Of a DNA stretch of 54,681 bases, positions 39,469 to 49,761 are shown one piece after another; position 1 is the stretch's first letter, and each line of letters opens with the position of its first letter. The stretch is from an uncultured bacterium (GTDB lineage Bacteria; Deinococcota; Deinococci; Deinococcales; Marinithermaceae): NCBI GenBank assembly GCA_964543365.1, contig CAZIXU010000001.1, positions 4,411-59,091 of the forward strand, in the 5' to 3' direction. Both the position numbers and the translations under genes were made by a program. Below the pieces are notes generated by a model. The model searched no databases and was not told the DNA's origin. It was given only the letters and a program-made list of their open reading frames with translations.

Positions 39469-41781
39469 ATGACCAAAGACTTAGTATACGAGTACATAAA
39501 ATCGAAACCGAAGAAACCGGTCCACCTACGCGAGGTGGTACGCGCTCTGGGGCTCAAAAGGCCGGAAGCGGCAGAAGCGCTGGAGCAGTTGGTGGCGGGC
39601 GGGAAACTGATCCGCACACGGCGCAAGACCTACGGCCTGCCGGAGAAGATGAACCTAATAGTCGGGCCGGTGCAGATACACCCCGACGGGTACGGCTTCG
39701 TGCTGGTAGAAGACGGAGACGACCTCTTCATCCCTCCCGCCAAGATGGCCGGAGCTTGGCCGCAGGACAAGGTGGTAGCGCGAAAACTGCCACGGAGGGA
39801 GCGCGGGAAGGTTAGCGGAGAGATCATCCGCATAGTCGAGCGCGCCCGTAAGACGCTGGTAGGCACCCTGGAGTTCGCCCGTGGCTACGCGATGCTCCTG
39901 CCCGACGACAAGCGATACCAGCGGCGATTGTTGCTTTCTCCGGAGGGGCTGGAGAAGCTGAGTGAGGGCGCCCGGATCGTCGTCGATGTGCAGTACCCAG
40001 AAGATACGGGCGAAAAGGAGCCCTTTGGAGTCTTCAGGGAATACCTGGGACAGGGGTATACGCCCGAAACCGAACTAAAAGCGGTCATTCACAACTTCGA
40101 TCTGCGCGACGAATTCCCCCAAGAAGTACTCGCAGAGGCAGGTAAGATCCGCAATCGCATTCCGTTGCAGACTCTTCGCAAGAGGAAGGATTTTCGCGAC
40201 AAGAACGTTTTCACAATTGACGGGGCCGACGCCAAAGATTTCGACGACGCCATTCACATCGAGAAGCTCGACAACGGCAACTGGCGTATCGGCGTGCACA
40301 TAGCTGACGTATCACACTACGTTCGTCAGGGGTCGGCGCTCGACCGGGAAGCATACGCGCGAGCGACCAGCGTCTACCTTCCGGGCAAAGTGCTGCCAAT
40401 GCTGCCGGAGAAACTGTCCAACGGAGTCTGTTCGTTGGTGCCCGGAGAAGACCGGTTGGTGTTGTCGGTCTTGCTGGAGCTGGACGAAAAAGCGCAGGTG
40501 GTCTCCTATGAGTTCGCCGAAGGCGTAATTCGTTCACAGGCCCGCCTGACTTATGACCAAGTGGAAGACTTCTTGCACGGGGGCAGACTGCCTCACGAGG
40601 CGAGATTCTTGGAGTCCGACGTAAGGCAGCTCCATGGACTTACCCGGAAACTGAAGCAGGAACGACTGAGCAAGGGCTCGCTCGACTTCCAGACCACCGA
40701 GGTCAAGGTCGACGTGGACGACGAGGGCAACCTGCACCTCCTGCCTATCCGCGAGGCCGAGGCCCGCAGCCTAATCGAAGAATTGATGCTGCTGGCCAAT
40801 CGGACCGTGGCCGCGCACCTCGACGAAAAGGGAGTCCCGGCGCTGTACCGAGTTCATGACGATCCGGTGGCCGATCGCTACAAAACACTGGTCGAAGCAT
40901 TGAACCGGCTTGGCTACGACCTACCCATGGGCGGGCCGGAACAAAAGGCGATGCAGCGGGTACTCGAGGCCGCCAAGGGCAGGCCGGAGGGGCAGGCGGT
41001 TTCGATGTTGCTGCTGCGCAGCATGAGCCTGGCACGCTATGCCGCCGAGAACCTGGGTCATTTCGGGCTGGCGTTTACGGACTACCTGCACTTCACCAGC
41101 CCCATCCGTCGTTATCCCGACCTCGTCGTTCACAGGATCCTCAAGGACCTGCTTCACAAGAAGCTTGGCCCCCGCAAGAAGGCGACCCTGGCAGAGCGGA
41201 TTCCGGAAATGGCCGAGCACGTATCGGAGCGCGAGCGGGCGGCCGAGAAGGCCGAGCGCGACTTGACCAAGTACTACCAGGTCAAATGGGCCGAGGAACA
41301 CGTCGGCGAAGTCTTTAAGGGCACGATTAGTGGCGTTACTAATTTTGGTTTGTTCGTCGCCCTCCCCAACGGGGTCGAAGGCCTGCTGCCGCTTAGCGCC
41401 CTAGAAGACGACTACTACGAATTCAAGGCCGATTCGCTGGAACTCGTTGGCAGGCACGCCGGCAAGCGCTGGCGACTGGGAAACGAGCTGAAGGTCCGCA
41501 TCGAGCGAGCAACGCCGGCGCTGCGGCAGATCGACTTTGCACTAGAGGAGGAAAAGGTGAATAGCGGCAAGAAAGAAGACAAGAAGAAAAAGGAAGCTGC
41601 CAGAAAGGGCAAAACACGCGTCCTCGCCGGACCCCCGGAAGAAAAGGGTCGGCACGAGAGGCCGGTCCGCCTAACCGCCAACAAGGTGTATTTTCACGAA
41701 TGGGCTGGAGAAGAGGCCGAATCGGGAGGAGCCGGGAAGAAAGAGGAAGGCGGCAAGAAAAAACGTCGCCGTAAGCGTTAG
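39469..41781 (+). CDS. rnr: Ribonuclease R
   Basis: HTH and CSD domains, TIDGADAKDFDDA, HFTSPIRRYPDL, S1 domain, basic C-terminal tail. Confidence 0.96.
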   Translation: MTKDLVYEYIKSKPKKPVHLREVVRALGLKRPEAAEALEQLVAGGKLIRTRRKTYGLPEKMNLIVGPVQIHPDGYGFVLVEDGDDLFIPPAKMAGAWPQDKVVARKLPRRERGKVSGEIIRIVERARKTLVGTLEFARGYAMLLPDDKRYQRRLLLSPEGLEKLSEGARIVVDVQYPEDTGEKEPFGVFREYLGQGYTPETELKAVIHNFDLRDEFPQEVLAEAGKIRNRIPLQTLRKRKDFRDKNVFTIDGADAKDFDDAIHIEKLDNGNWRIGVHIADVSHYVRQGSALDREAYARATSVYLPGKVLPMLPEKLSNGVCSLVPGEDRLVLSVLLELDEKAQVVSYEFAEGVIRSQARLTYDQVEDFLHGGRLPHEARFLESDVRQLHGLTRKLKQERLSKGSLDFQTTEVKVDVDDEGNLHLLPIREAEARSLIEELMLLANRTVAAHLDEKGVPALYRVHDDPVADRYKTLVEALNRLGYDLPMGGPEQKAMQRVLEAAKGRPEGQAVSMLLLRSMSLARYAAENLGHFGLAFTDYLHFTSPIRRYPDLVVHRILKDLLHKKLGPRKKATLAERIPEMAEHVSERERAAEKAERDLTKYYQVKWAEEHVGEVFKGTISGVTNFGLFVALPNGVEGLLPLSALEDDYYEFKADSLELVGRHAGKRWRLGNELKVRIERATPALRQIDFALEEEKVNSGKKEDKKKKEAARKGKTRVLAGPPEEKGRHERPVRLTANKVYFHEWAGEEAESGGAGKKEEGGKKKRRRKR

Positions 41782-41870
41782 TTGGACGCATGTCCTGGAG
41801 AGAAGCACTTTAAAAGGTGTAGTGTAGGAAAGGTATGACCCGGAGCCTCCGCTTCGGGGAAGGAGGGCAC

Positions 41871-43817
41871 ATGGACAACGTGAAATATCCCGGTATTCCA
41901 ACCACCGGTGACGGCTCGGAAGCAGCGGTATGGGTCGAAACCCACATATCGCAGGCGGCCGTTACTTACCCGATAACCCCGTCGACCAACATGGGTTACG
42001 GGTATCAGGTAGCCGTGGCCAACGGACGCACCAACCTATGGGGCGAAGAATTGATGTTTCTGGAGCCGGAGTCGGAGCACTCGGCCGGTTCCGCCGCCGA
42101 GGGCTTTGCCCTGGCCGGCGGGCGGGTAACTTCGTTTACCGCCTCACAGGGTCTGGTCCTGCAAAAAGAGGTGCTGCACGTCATCTCCGGTAAGCGGTTG
42201 CCGGCCGTCTTCCACATTGGCGCCCGCGCCCTGACCAGCCAGGCGCTCAACATTCACGCCGGCCACGACGACGTCTATGCGGTCGCCGACACCGGCTGGG
42301 GTATCCTCTTCGCCGGTAGCGCCCAAGAGATAGCCGACCTGGCGCTCATCGCCCGTCGTGCCGCCGAGGATAGCCAGACGCCCTTCATGGTCTCGCAGGA
42401 CGGCTTCTTGAACACCCACACCGTCGAAAACTTCAACTTGCCCGAGCCAGAACTGATGAAGCAGTTCGTTGGTGACCCGGCCGACAAGCTGATCAACTAC
42501 TTCGACCCCGACAACCCGGTGCTTACCGGCCCGGTCGAGAACCAAGACGCCTACATGAAGGGCCGGATTGCCCAGCGCCTCTTCTACGCTCGGGTCATTC
42601 CGGCGCTCGATGACGCCTTCCGCGAGTACGGCAAGCTGACCGGGCGCGAGTACGACTTCGTCAAGGGCTACCGGCTGGAAGACGCCGAGTACGTCATCGT
42701 CGCCATGGGCTCGATGACCTTTACCATTGAGGCGGTCGTCGACGAGTTGCGCGAGAAGGGTGTCAAGGCCGGCATGCTCAAGGTCTACTCCTTCCGTCCC
42801 TTCCCGGCGGCCAAGATCGTCGAGTCGCTAGCCCACGTCAAAGCCTTTGCCGTGCTCGAGCGGACCGACGAGCCGCTGGCAGGCTCCAACCCGCTGACTC
42901 GCGACATCAAGGCCGCCTTTGCCGACGCCCTCGATGGCTACCCCGGCTACCCGCAGATCGAGAAAATGCCGAAGATCTACTCTGGCGCTGCCGGCCTCGG
43001 CGGTCGCGACATCCGCCCGGCTGACGTGGTGGCCGTTTTTGATCACTTGCAGGAGAAGGGTGAAAAGCGCTACTTCGTCCTCAACATCAAGCACCCGCTG
43101 GCGCTCGAGCCCGAGGAAGAAGTCGACGTAACCGCCAAGGGTACCTTCCGGATGCGCGGCTACTCGGTGGGCGGCTTCGGTTCGGTGACCACCAACAAGG
43201 TCATTGCCTCGACCACCGCCGACCTTTTCGGCCTCTACGTGCAGGCCTTTCCCAAGTACGGCTCCGAAAAGAAGGGTCTGCCGACAAACTACTACCTGAC
43301 CGTAGCCGAAGAGCCGGTTCGGGTCCGTAGCGAGCTCAAAAACGTCGAGATGATCGCCATCAACGATCCGAACGCCCTCCACTACACCAATCCTTTCAAT
43401 GGCCTCAAGCCGGGTGGTGTAGTTTGGATGCAGTCGAGCAACAAAGACCCCAAGGGCGTTTGGGCCAGCGTTCCCAAGTGGGCCCGCGACGTAATCCGCG
43501 AAAACGGTTATCGGGTGTACGCCATCGATACCATATCCATTGCCCGCGACGTTTCTTCGCGCGCCGACTTGGTTATGCGTATGCAGGGCATCGTGCTCCT
43601 GGGCGTCTACCTGCGCGTAGCCCCCTTCGTCGAGAGATTGCAACTCAGCGAAGACCAGCTCTGGGAGCGGGTCGAGAAGATAATCAGAAAGTACTTCGGT
43701 AAGCGCGGTGAGCAGGTGGTCAAAGACAACATGACCGCCATCCAGCGTGGTTATCAGGAGATCATCGAAGTACCCGCCGAAGTTATCGCCACCGAACCCG
43801 AGGAGGTGGGCGCATGA
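41871..43817 (+). CDS. Pyruvate/2-oxoacid:ferredoxin oxidoreductase, NifJ-type N-terminal half (alpha+gamma domains)
   Basis: YPITPST, ESEH, FTASQGL, HAGHDD, DGFLNTH, SVGGFGSVTTNK, YGSEKKG. ATG 41871 follows AGGAGG. Confidence 0.9.
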   Translation: MDNVKYPGIPTTGDGSEAAVWVETHISQAAVTYPITPSTNMGYGYQVAVANGRTNLWGEELMFLEPESEHSAGSAAEGFALAGGRVTSFTASQGLVLQKEVLHVISGKRLPAVFHIGARALTSQALNIHAGHDDVYAVADTGWGILFAGSAQEIADLALIARRAAEDSQTPFMVSQDGFLNTHTVENFNLPEPELMKQFVGDPADKLINYFDPDNPVLTGPVENQDAYMKGRIAQRLFYARVIPALDDAFREYGKLTGREYDFVKGYRLEDAEYVIVAMGSMTFTIEAVVDELREKGVKAGMLKVYSFRPFPAAKIVESLAHVKAFAVLERTDEPLAGSNPLTRDIKAAFADALDGYPGYPQIEKMPKIYSGAAGLGGRDIRPADVVAVFDHLQEKGEKRYFVLNIKHPLALEPEEEVDVTAKGTFRMRGYSVGGFGSVTTNKVIASTTADLFGLYVQAFPKYGSEKKGLPTNYYLTVAEEPVRVRSELKNVEMIAINDPNALHYTNPFNGLKPGGVVWMQSSNKDPKGVWASVPKWARDVIRENGYRVYAIDTISIARDVSSRADLVMRMQGIVLLGVYLRVAPFVERLQLSEDQLWERVEKIIRKYFGKRGEQVVKDNMTAIQRGYQEIIEVPAEVIATEPEEVGA

Positions 43818-45436
43818 GCGAAAAGAAGATAATCATGGGCGAGCTCGAGCTGGAGTTGGAAATCCTACCAGAGCCCGAGCCCGTCAACATCCCCGAGTTC
43901 AATAAGAACTTCAAAGAAGTAGTCGACGCCTACGCCGAGGGCCGGGCCGATGCCGAGATGCCGGCCGATGAGCTCATGGCCCGTTCGCACATCGCCCCGG
44001 GTACCGGCCACTACCGCGACTTCTCTTACATAGCTCCCGACATCCCCAACTACATCGCCTCCAACTGCACCGCCTGTATGGAGTGCGTTACCGAGTGTCC
44101 CGACACCGCCATTCTGGCCAAGGTGCTTCCCGAGTCGCAGGTCGAAGCCGAGCTGGCCAAGATCGAAGACGAAGAAACCCGCGAGCGGATGCGCGCCCAC
44201 TTCGCCCAAACGCGCAAGTTCTACGACGTTCCCCAGAAGAAGGGCAAGGAGCCGGCGCTCTTCTCGATCTTCGTCGATCCGACAAAGTGTAAGGGTTGCG
44301 GCGAGTGCGTGGCGGTTTGTAACGACGATGCGCTGGAGATGGTTACCAAACAGGGCAACATGGTCGATGAGTACAAGGAAGAGTTCAGCTTCTTCCAGTC
44401 GTTGCCCGACACCCCGCGTGAGTACATAAACGAGCGGACGCCGATCGACATGATGCTGACCGACAAGACTCACCTCTTCGTCGGCGGCGCCGGCAGCTGC
44501 GCCGGTTGTGGCGAGGCCACCGCCCTGCGGATGCTGGCGGCGGCCAACGCCTTCGCCTACGACGATCAGTGGGGCATTGTAGCCGCCACCGGCTGTAACA
44601 CCGTTTACAGCTCCACCTACCCTTACAACCCCTTCCTGGTGCCCTGGACCAACTCGCTTTTCGAGAACGCCGCTACCGACGCAATGGGTATCCGCATGCG
44701 CTGGGACCAGATGGGCTGGCAAGACAAGAAGCTCTGGGTGGTCGGCGGCGACGGCGCCATGTACGACATCGGCTTCCAGGCCCTCAGCCGCATGCTGGCT
44801 TCGGGGATGGACATCAACGTCATCATCCTCGACACCCAGGTCTACTCCAATACCGGCGGTCAGGCCTCGACCAGTACCTACATGGGTCAGGAAACCAAGA
44901 TGTCGGCCTTCGGCAAGAAGCTCAAGGGTAAGACCGAGCATCGTAAGGAGATCGCCGAGATCTTGATGATGCACCCCGACGTCTTCGTGGCCCAGACGAC
45001 GGCCGCCCACTTCAACCACTTCTACAAGGCGGTCTTCGCGGCCAACGAATACAAGGGCCCCTCGGTATTGATCGTCTACACCACCTGCCAGCCCGAGCAC
45101 GGCGTGGCCGACGACGCTTCGGCCCGGCAGGCCCGCCTGGCGGTCGACACCCGCACCTTCCCGGTCTTCGTTCACGATCCGCGTAAGGGCGAACGCCTCA
45201 GCGAGCGCCTGGACCTGAAGATGAACCCCAAGATCTACGACGACTACTACATCGATCCCAAGACCGGCGAGCCGCTGACCTTCATCGATTTTGCTCGTAC
45301 CGAGCAGCGCTTCGCCAAGCACTTCGACAAAGACGGTAACCCCGACGAAGTGCTGCTGGAGGTCAAGGAAGAGCGCCTCAAGAACTGGCGCCGCCTGCAG
45401 GAGCTGGCAGGCATACTAGACAAAAACAAGGGTTAA
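43814..45436 (+). CDS. Pyruvate/2-oxoacid:ferredoxin oxidoreductase C-terminal half (2x[4Fe-4S] and TPP-binding domains)
   Basis: CTACMECVTECP, CKGCGECVAVC, GAGSCAGCGE, ATGC, GGDG...DIG, YSNTGGQ; ATGA overlap. Confidence 0.9.
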   Translation: MSEKKIIMGELELELEILPEPEPVNIPEFNKNFKEVVDAYAEGRADAEMPADELMARSHIAPGTGHYRDFSYIAPDIPNYIASNCTACMECVTECPDTAILAKVLPESQVEAELAKIEDEETRERMRAHFAQTRKFYDVPQKKGKEPALFSIFVDPTKCKGCGECVAVCNDDALEMVTKQGNMVDEYKEEFSFFQSLPDTPREYINERTPIDMMLTDKTHLFVGGAGSCAGCGEATALRMLAAANAFAYDDQWGIVAATGCNTVYSSTYPYNPFLVPWTNSLFENAATDAMGIRMRWDQMGWQDKKLWVVGGDGAMYDIGFQALSRMLASGMDINVIILDTQVYSNTGGQASTSTYMGQETKMSAFGKKLKGKTEHRKEIAEILMMHPDVFVAQTTAAHFNHFYKAVFAANEYKGPSVLIVYTTCQPEHGVADDASARQARLAVDTRTFPVFVHDPRKGERLSERLDLKMNPKIYDDYYIDPKTGEPLTFIDFARTEQRFAKHFDKDGNPDEVLLEVKEERLKNWRRLQELAGILDKNKG

Positions 45437-45450
45437 ACGGGCAACCGCCA

Positions 45451-45484
45451 GAAAGCGGCCTGCACTTGCAGGCCGCTTTCCTTT
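45451..45484 (+). terminator. Intrinsic terminator after PFOR operon
   Basis: GAAAGCGGCCTGCA-CT-TGCAGGCCGCTTTC then CTTT. Confidence 0.75.
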
Positions 45485-45544
45485 AGCTCGCGGCGTTTAG
45501 TCGGCAAACAGCGAGCAGTCAGGTAGAAAATGAGCGCGGCGGAA

Positions 45545-46411
45545 TTAACTTAAACGTGTTCCGATGGGGCGCAGCATTTCGCGTAAGAGCTCGACCTTGC
45601 CCAGCGGGTAGAGGTGAGCACCAGCCATGCCGGCGGAGTGCAGCTCGCCTAGCACCCGCTGGGCCGCTTCCATACCAGCGGCCTTACCTCTTGTTTCGAT
45701 GTCGGTTAGCAACCACTGGGGAACCTCGGTCCAGCGGGAAACGTTGCGCGCCATTTTGGGAGAAAGCAAAGGGAGAACGCCCCAGAGTATCGGTATGGGG
45801 CTCTCGCCACCGAGGGCCCCGAGAAAGCGAGATACGGTATCTATCTCGAATACCGGTTGCGTCTGCGCAAAGGATGCCCCGGCTTCCATTTTGGCCAGGA
45901 ACTTTTCGACCTCTAGTGTCAAGTCTGCAGCACCCGGGTTGACCGCCACGCCCACCGAGTATTCGGTGTGACCGTCCAGCGCGCCTCCAGCCAGGTTCGA
46001 GCCGTTGTTTAGCTTGCTGACCGCTTGCGCCAGCTCGACGGCTCCGAACTCGTATACCGCTTTCGCCCATGGGTGGTCACCGCGTTCCGGCGGGTCACCG
46101 CCGAGTACCAGGACGTTGTGAACGCCGAGCGCCCAGGCACCGAGCAGGTCGGCTTGGAGGGCGATGGCGTTGCGGTCGCGAGCTGTCAGATGGGGTATCA
46201 CCTCAATTCCCGTCCGGCTCTGGATCAGGTGCGCCAGCATAAAGCTGTTCATACGCAGGTTGGCCATGGGGGCGTCAGAAACGTTGACGGCGTCTACGTA
46301 GCCGCGCAAGACCAGGGCTTGTTGCAGCGTCGGAGTTGGATCGGCGCCGCGCGGTGGGTCTACTTCGGCCGTGATGACGAAGGTATGCTTCAGTTTTTCG
46401 GATATCCGCAT
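45545..46411 (-). CDS. metF: Methylenetetrahydrofolate reductase (YitJ C-terminal-domain type)
   Basis: ITAEVDPPRG, VNVSDAPMA, PHLTARDRN, GGDPP, KMEAGASFAQTQP. Start placed at ATG 46411 downstream of the riboswitch. Confidence 0.87.
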   Translation of the reverse strand: MRISEKLKHTFVITAEVDPPRGADPTPTLQQALVLRGYVDAVNVSDAPMANLRMNSFMLAHLIQSRTGIEVIPHLTARDRNAIALQADLLGAWALGVHNVLVLGGDPPERGDHPWAKAVYEFGAVELAQAVSKLNNGSNLAGGALDGHTEYSVGVAVNPGAADLTLEVEKFLAKMEAGASFAQTQPVFEIDTVSRFLGALGGESPIPILWGVLPLLSPKMARNVSRWTEVPQWLLTDIETRGKAAGMEAAQRVLGELHSAGMAGAHLYPLGKVELLREMLRPIGTRLS

Positions 46412-46449
46412 CTCGCTCGTCTGCCTCCCATGGGAGGAGGCGATTCTCC

Positions 46450-46546
46450 TCCCCATCGTTCCCCTTGGGCTGGCTTTGGCACCTAGCGTAAGCGCCGGTT
46501 GCCGCGGCTTCGTCGGGCCAGTTCCCTCCACCGCTCATGATGAGGT
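46450..46546 (-). ncRNA. SAM-I (S-box) riboswitch
   Basis: Minus strand reads CCUCAUC-AUGAG-CGGUGGAGGGAACUGGCCCGACGAAGCCGCGGCAACC...GGUGCCAA-AGCCAG...GAUGGGG. P1, kink-turn, GGCAACC/GGUGCC P3 and CUGG/CCAG pseudoknot are present; upstream of metF. Confidence 0.93.
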
Positions 46547-46574
46547 CGCAAGCGGCCGGGCCGCTTGGTGCCGT

Positions 46575-46603
46575 AGTATACATATGCAAAATATGAATGT
46601 AAA
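46575..46603 (-). promoter_or_regulatory. Sigma-A promoter driving riboswitch-metF
   Basis: TTTACA-N17-TATACT on the minus strand. Confidence 0.8.
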
Positions 46604-46933
46604 GCCATGGCAAGGTTGCGGCCCGGGGGCAGAAATTCGGGCGGGTCAAGGCCTTGGCTCGTTATTCATCGCTCAAAATACAAACTCAATTCCCTTGCAC
46701 GCTATACAGCCCGCCAATTTTTGGTTCGTTATTGAACGAAGCAGCGACGGTCGGAAACCGGCCTGGGCAGGGGGTATCGTAGCCCGGAATGAGACAGTCA
46801 CAAAAGAACGTCCGCGACAGAGCCCATTGCAGGGCAGCCGACCGGGAAGAGCGCCGAGGCGCGGATTTCATAAACCCGCTGGCTTCGATGGCGGAGCCGG
46901 GGAGCGCTGAGGAGCGTGGAGTTTAAGAAATGA

Positions 46934-46959
46934 GTCGAGCGGCCAGCTGGCCGCTCGAC
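46934..46959 (-). terminator. Terminator hairpin after mdh
   Basis: Perfect palindrome GTCGAGCGGCCAG|CTGGCCGCTCGAC followed on the minus strand by TCATTTCTT. Confidence 0.7.
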
Positions 46960-46976
46960 AGGGAAGGAAGAGAGTT

Positions 46977-47927
46977 CTAGAGAATACCAAGCTCGTTGAC
47001 CTTGTCGACCAGCGCCTTGACGTGGTCGGCGCTGTCTTTGAGGGCCGCCAGCTCTTCGTCGGAAAGCGGCAGCTGCCATATCTTTTCGATGCCGCCCTTA
47101 CCGAGAACGGCGGGAACGCCGACGAAAAGGCCGGAAATGCCGTACTCACCGTTCAGGTGGGCGGCGATCGGCAGAATCCGCTTTTCGTCACGGATGATTG
47201 CCTTGGCCATTTCGAAGGCGCCGGCGGAGGGGGCGTAGTAGGCGGAGCCGGTCTTGAGCAGGCCGACTATCTCGGCGCCGCCCTTACGGGTCCGCTCGAC
47301 GATGGCCTCGATCTGTTCGGCCGGCATGATCTCGGTCAGCGGGGCACCGCCGACCCAGGTGAAGCGGGGGAGAGGCACCATGGTGTCGCCGTGGCCGCCG
47401 AGTACCACGCCCTGGACGTCCTTGACGCTGACGCCAAGGGCGTCGGCGATGAAGTAGCGGTAGCGTGCCGAGTCGAGGACGCCGGCCATGCCCATGATCT
47501 TATTCTTGGGAGCCTGGGTAATCTCGCTGATGACGTAGGTGATGGCGTCGAGCGGGTTGGCGACCTGGATGATGAAGGCGTCGGGGGCGTACTTCTTTAT
47601 ATTTTCCGCGATAGAGGCGGCGATCTTGCTGTTGATCTCGACCAGATCGTCGCGGCTCATACCGGGTTTCCGGGGAACGCCGGCGGTGGTGATGACGATA
47701 TCGGAGCCTTCGATGTCGGCATAGTCGTTGGTGCCGCTGATAATGACGTCGTTTAAAACGACCGGTCTGGATTCGGAAAGGTCGAGCGCCTTACCTTGGG
47801 GCATGCCCTCGACTATGTCAACCAGCATGACGTCGGCCAGTGCGGCCTCAGCAATGCGCATGGCCAGGGTGGAGCCGACGTGACCGCCACCGATGACGCT
47901 TACCTTGGGACGTCCTGTAATTGCCAT
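46977..47927 (-). CDS. mdh: Malate dehydrogenase (LDH-like family)
   Basis: IGGGHVG, GKALDL, AGVPRKPGMSRDDL (malate-specifying Arg), VANPLD, LDSAR, GGHGD, GSAYYAP. Confidence 0.95.
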   Translation of the reverse strand: MAITGRPKVSVIGGGHVGSTLAMRIAEAALADVMLVDIVEGMPQGKALDLSESRPVVLNDVIISGTNDYADIEGSDIVITTAGVPRKPGMSRDDLVEINSKIAASIAENIKKYAPDAFIIQVANPLDAITYVISEITQAPKNKIMGMAGVLDSARYRYFIADALGVSVKDVQGVVLGGHGDTMVPLPRFTWVGGAPLTEIMPAEQIEAIVERTRKGGAEIVGLLKTGSAYYAPSAGAFEMAKAIIRDEKRILPIAAHLNGEYGISGLFVGVPAVLGKGGIEKIWQLPLSDEELAALKDSADHVKALVDKVNELGIL

Positions 47928-48013
47928 AACTTAACCTCCAAAGACAATTTTACTCCCAGTTCAAGCGCGGTAAACGGGACATCTACAAGGGGTCCGGCTT
48001 TTATTATGGGGCC

Positions 48014-49744
48014 ATGGCAAAGGTCAGCCGATACTACGATGTAAAACGTGACAAGAACGGAAACAGGTATCTGGAAGTATACGTTACCGGCTTCCTCCTG
48101 CAGCGGATTCCGCTCCTCAATAAGAGCACTGCTTTTACGCGCGGGGAGCGCAGGCTTTTGGAGCTCGAGGGTTTGGTGCCGGCCCACATAACGACCCTGG
48201 AAGAGCAAAAGGAGAGAGTCTACCGCCGTTATCGGTTGCAAGACAACGACCTGGAAAAGCACATCTACCTGCGCAACTTGCAAGACCGCAACGAGGTCCT
48301 CTTTTACGCCGTTCTAGTTGACCACCTGGAGGAGATGTTACCGATAATCTACACCCCGACTGTCGGCGAGGCGGTGCGGATGTTCTCGCATATCTACCGC
48401 CTGCCGCGGGGTCTGGCGCTTTCCACCGAGAATATCGACGAGGCTGACCAAGCCTTCGCCAACGTTCCCCTGGAAGACGTCCGCCTGGTGGTGGCCACCG
48501 ATTCCTCGGCAATTCTCGGTATTGGCGACCAGGGTTTCGGTGGCATGGCCATCTCCATCGGCAAGCTTTCGCTCTACACCGGCGGCGGTGGCGTGGCTCC
48601 CGACAAGACGCTGCCCATCGAGTTGGACGTGGGAACCGATCGGGAAGACCTGCTGCAAGACCCGCTCTACCTGGGTGTCCGGCACCACCGTCTGCGTGGC
48701 GAAGCCTACTACTCGTTCATGGACAAGTTCGTGCAGGCCTTCAAGAAGCGCTACCCAAAGGCGATCTTGCAGTGGGAAGACTTTTCCAAGGAGGCGGCAT
48801 TCACCCTGCTCGAGCGTTACCGCAAGGAGCTGCCCTCGTTCAACGACGACATCCAGGGTACCGGCGCGGTTGCCTGGGCCGGCATTTTGGGGGCGATGAG
48901 GGTCAAGAAGGAAAACGTAACCGAGCAGAACTACGTCGTCTACGGCGCCGGCGCCGGTGGTGTGGGTGTCGCCTGGACGATTATCGAAGGCTTAAAGCGT
49001 GAAGGGCTTTCGCACGAAGAGGCATTGCGGCGGGTCTTTGTGCTCGATTCCAAGGGGTTGTTGTTGAACAACCGGGCGATGGAAGAATACAAGCGTCCCT
49101 ACGCCCACGACCCGGCCTGGATTGCCGACTGGGAGTACAGCGGCAAGGCCCCGGGGCTGCTCGAGGTAATCAAGAATGCCAAGGCGACTGTTCTGCTCGG
49201 ACTTTCCGGTCGGCCCGGCGACTTTAGTGAACCGGTGGTCAAGGCCGTTTACGAAAACACCAAGCAGCCGGTCATTTTCCCGCTCTCCAACCCCACCAGC
49301 TCCTCCGAAGCTTTACCCGAAGACGTAATCCGCTGGACCGATGGCAACGCCATAATCGCTACCGGTAGCCCCTTCGACCCGGTCGAATACCAGGGCAAGA
49401 AGTACGAGATCGGCCAAGGAAACAACGCCTTCATCTTCCCGGGTCTTGGCTTCGGTGCCATTCTCTCGCACGCTCGCGAGATAACCGACGGAATGGTTTT
49501 GGCGGCGTCTTACGCTCTGGCCGACTACGTCAGTAGCGACCACATAGCCAAGGGAATGGTCTACCCTTACGTTCGCGAAATGAGCCAGGCAAGCGTCCGC
49601 GTGGCTGCCCGGGTGATCATGCAGGCTGTGGCGGACGGGGTGGCCGAAACCAAGCGGTTCGAGGGGCTTTCAGAGCACGACATCTGCGACTACGTCCAGA
49701 AACACTTCTGGAAGCCCGAATACCTCCCTTACGTCAAGGGTTAG
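48014..49744 (+). CDS. maeA: NAD-dependent malic enzyme
   Basis: [60 protein letters not shown]. Confidence 0.93.
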   Translation: MAKVSRYYDVKRDKNGNRYLEVYVTGFLLQRIPLLNKSTAFTRGERRLLELEGLVPAHITTLEEQKERVYRRYRLQDNDLEKHIYLRNLQDRNEVLFYAVLVDHLEEMLPIIYTPTVGEAVRMFSHIYRLPRGLALSTENIDEADQAFANVPLEDVRLVVATDSSAILGIGDQGFGGMAISIGKLSLYTGGGGVAPDKTLPIELDVGTDREDLLQDPLYLGVRHHRLRGEAYYSFMDKFVQAFKKRYPKAILQWEDFSKEAAFTLLERYRKELPSFNDDIQGTGAVAWAGILGAMRVKKENVTEQNYVVYGAGAGGVGVAWTIIEGLKREGLSHEEALRRVFVLDSKGLLLNNRAMEEYKRPYAHDPAWIADWEYSGKAPGLLEVIKNAKATVLLGLSGRPGDFSEPVVKAVYENTKQPVIFPLSNPTSSSEALPEDVIRWTDGNAIIATGSPFDPVEYQGKKYEIGQGNNAFIFPGLGFGAILSHAREITDGMVLAASYALADYVSSDHIAKGMVYPYVREMSQASVRVAARVIMQAVADGVAETKRFEGLSEHDICDYVQKHFWKPEYLPYVKG

Positions 49745-49761
49745 GGCAACCTAGAAGGCTC

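Noticed and set aside
43865-45322. 485-aa antisense ORF over the PFOR C-terminal gene (likewise 5568-6764, 5806-6879, 18725-19747, 23410-24243, 42828-43643)
   Set aside because: Shadow frames produced by high GC3 codon bias in well-supported genes; no motifs or RBS.
46412-46531. N-terminal extension or leader peptide of metF
   Set aside because: The sequence is the SAM-I riboswitch, not coding.
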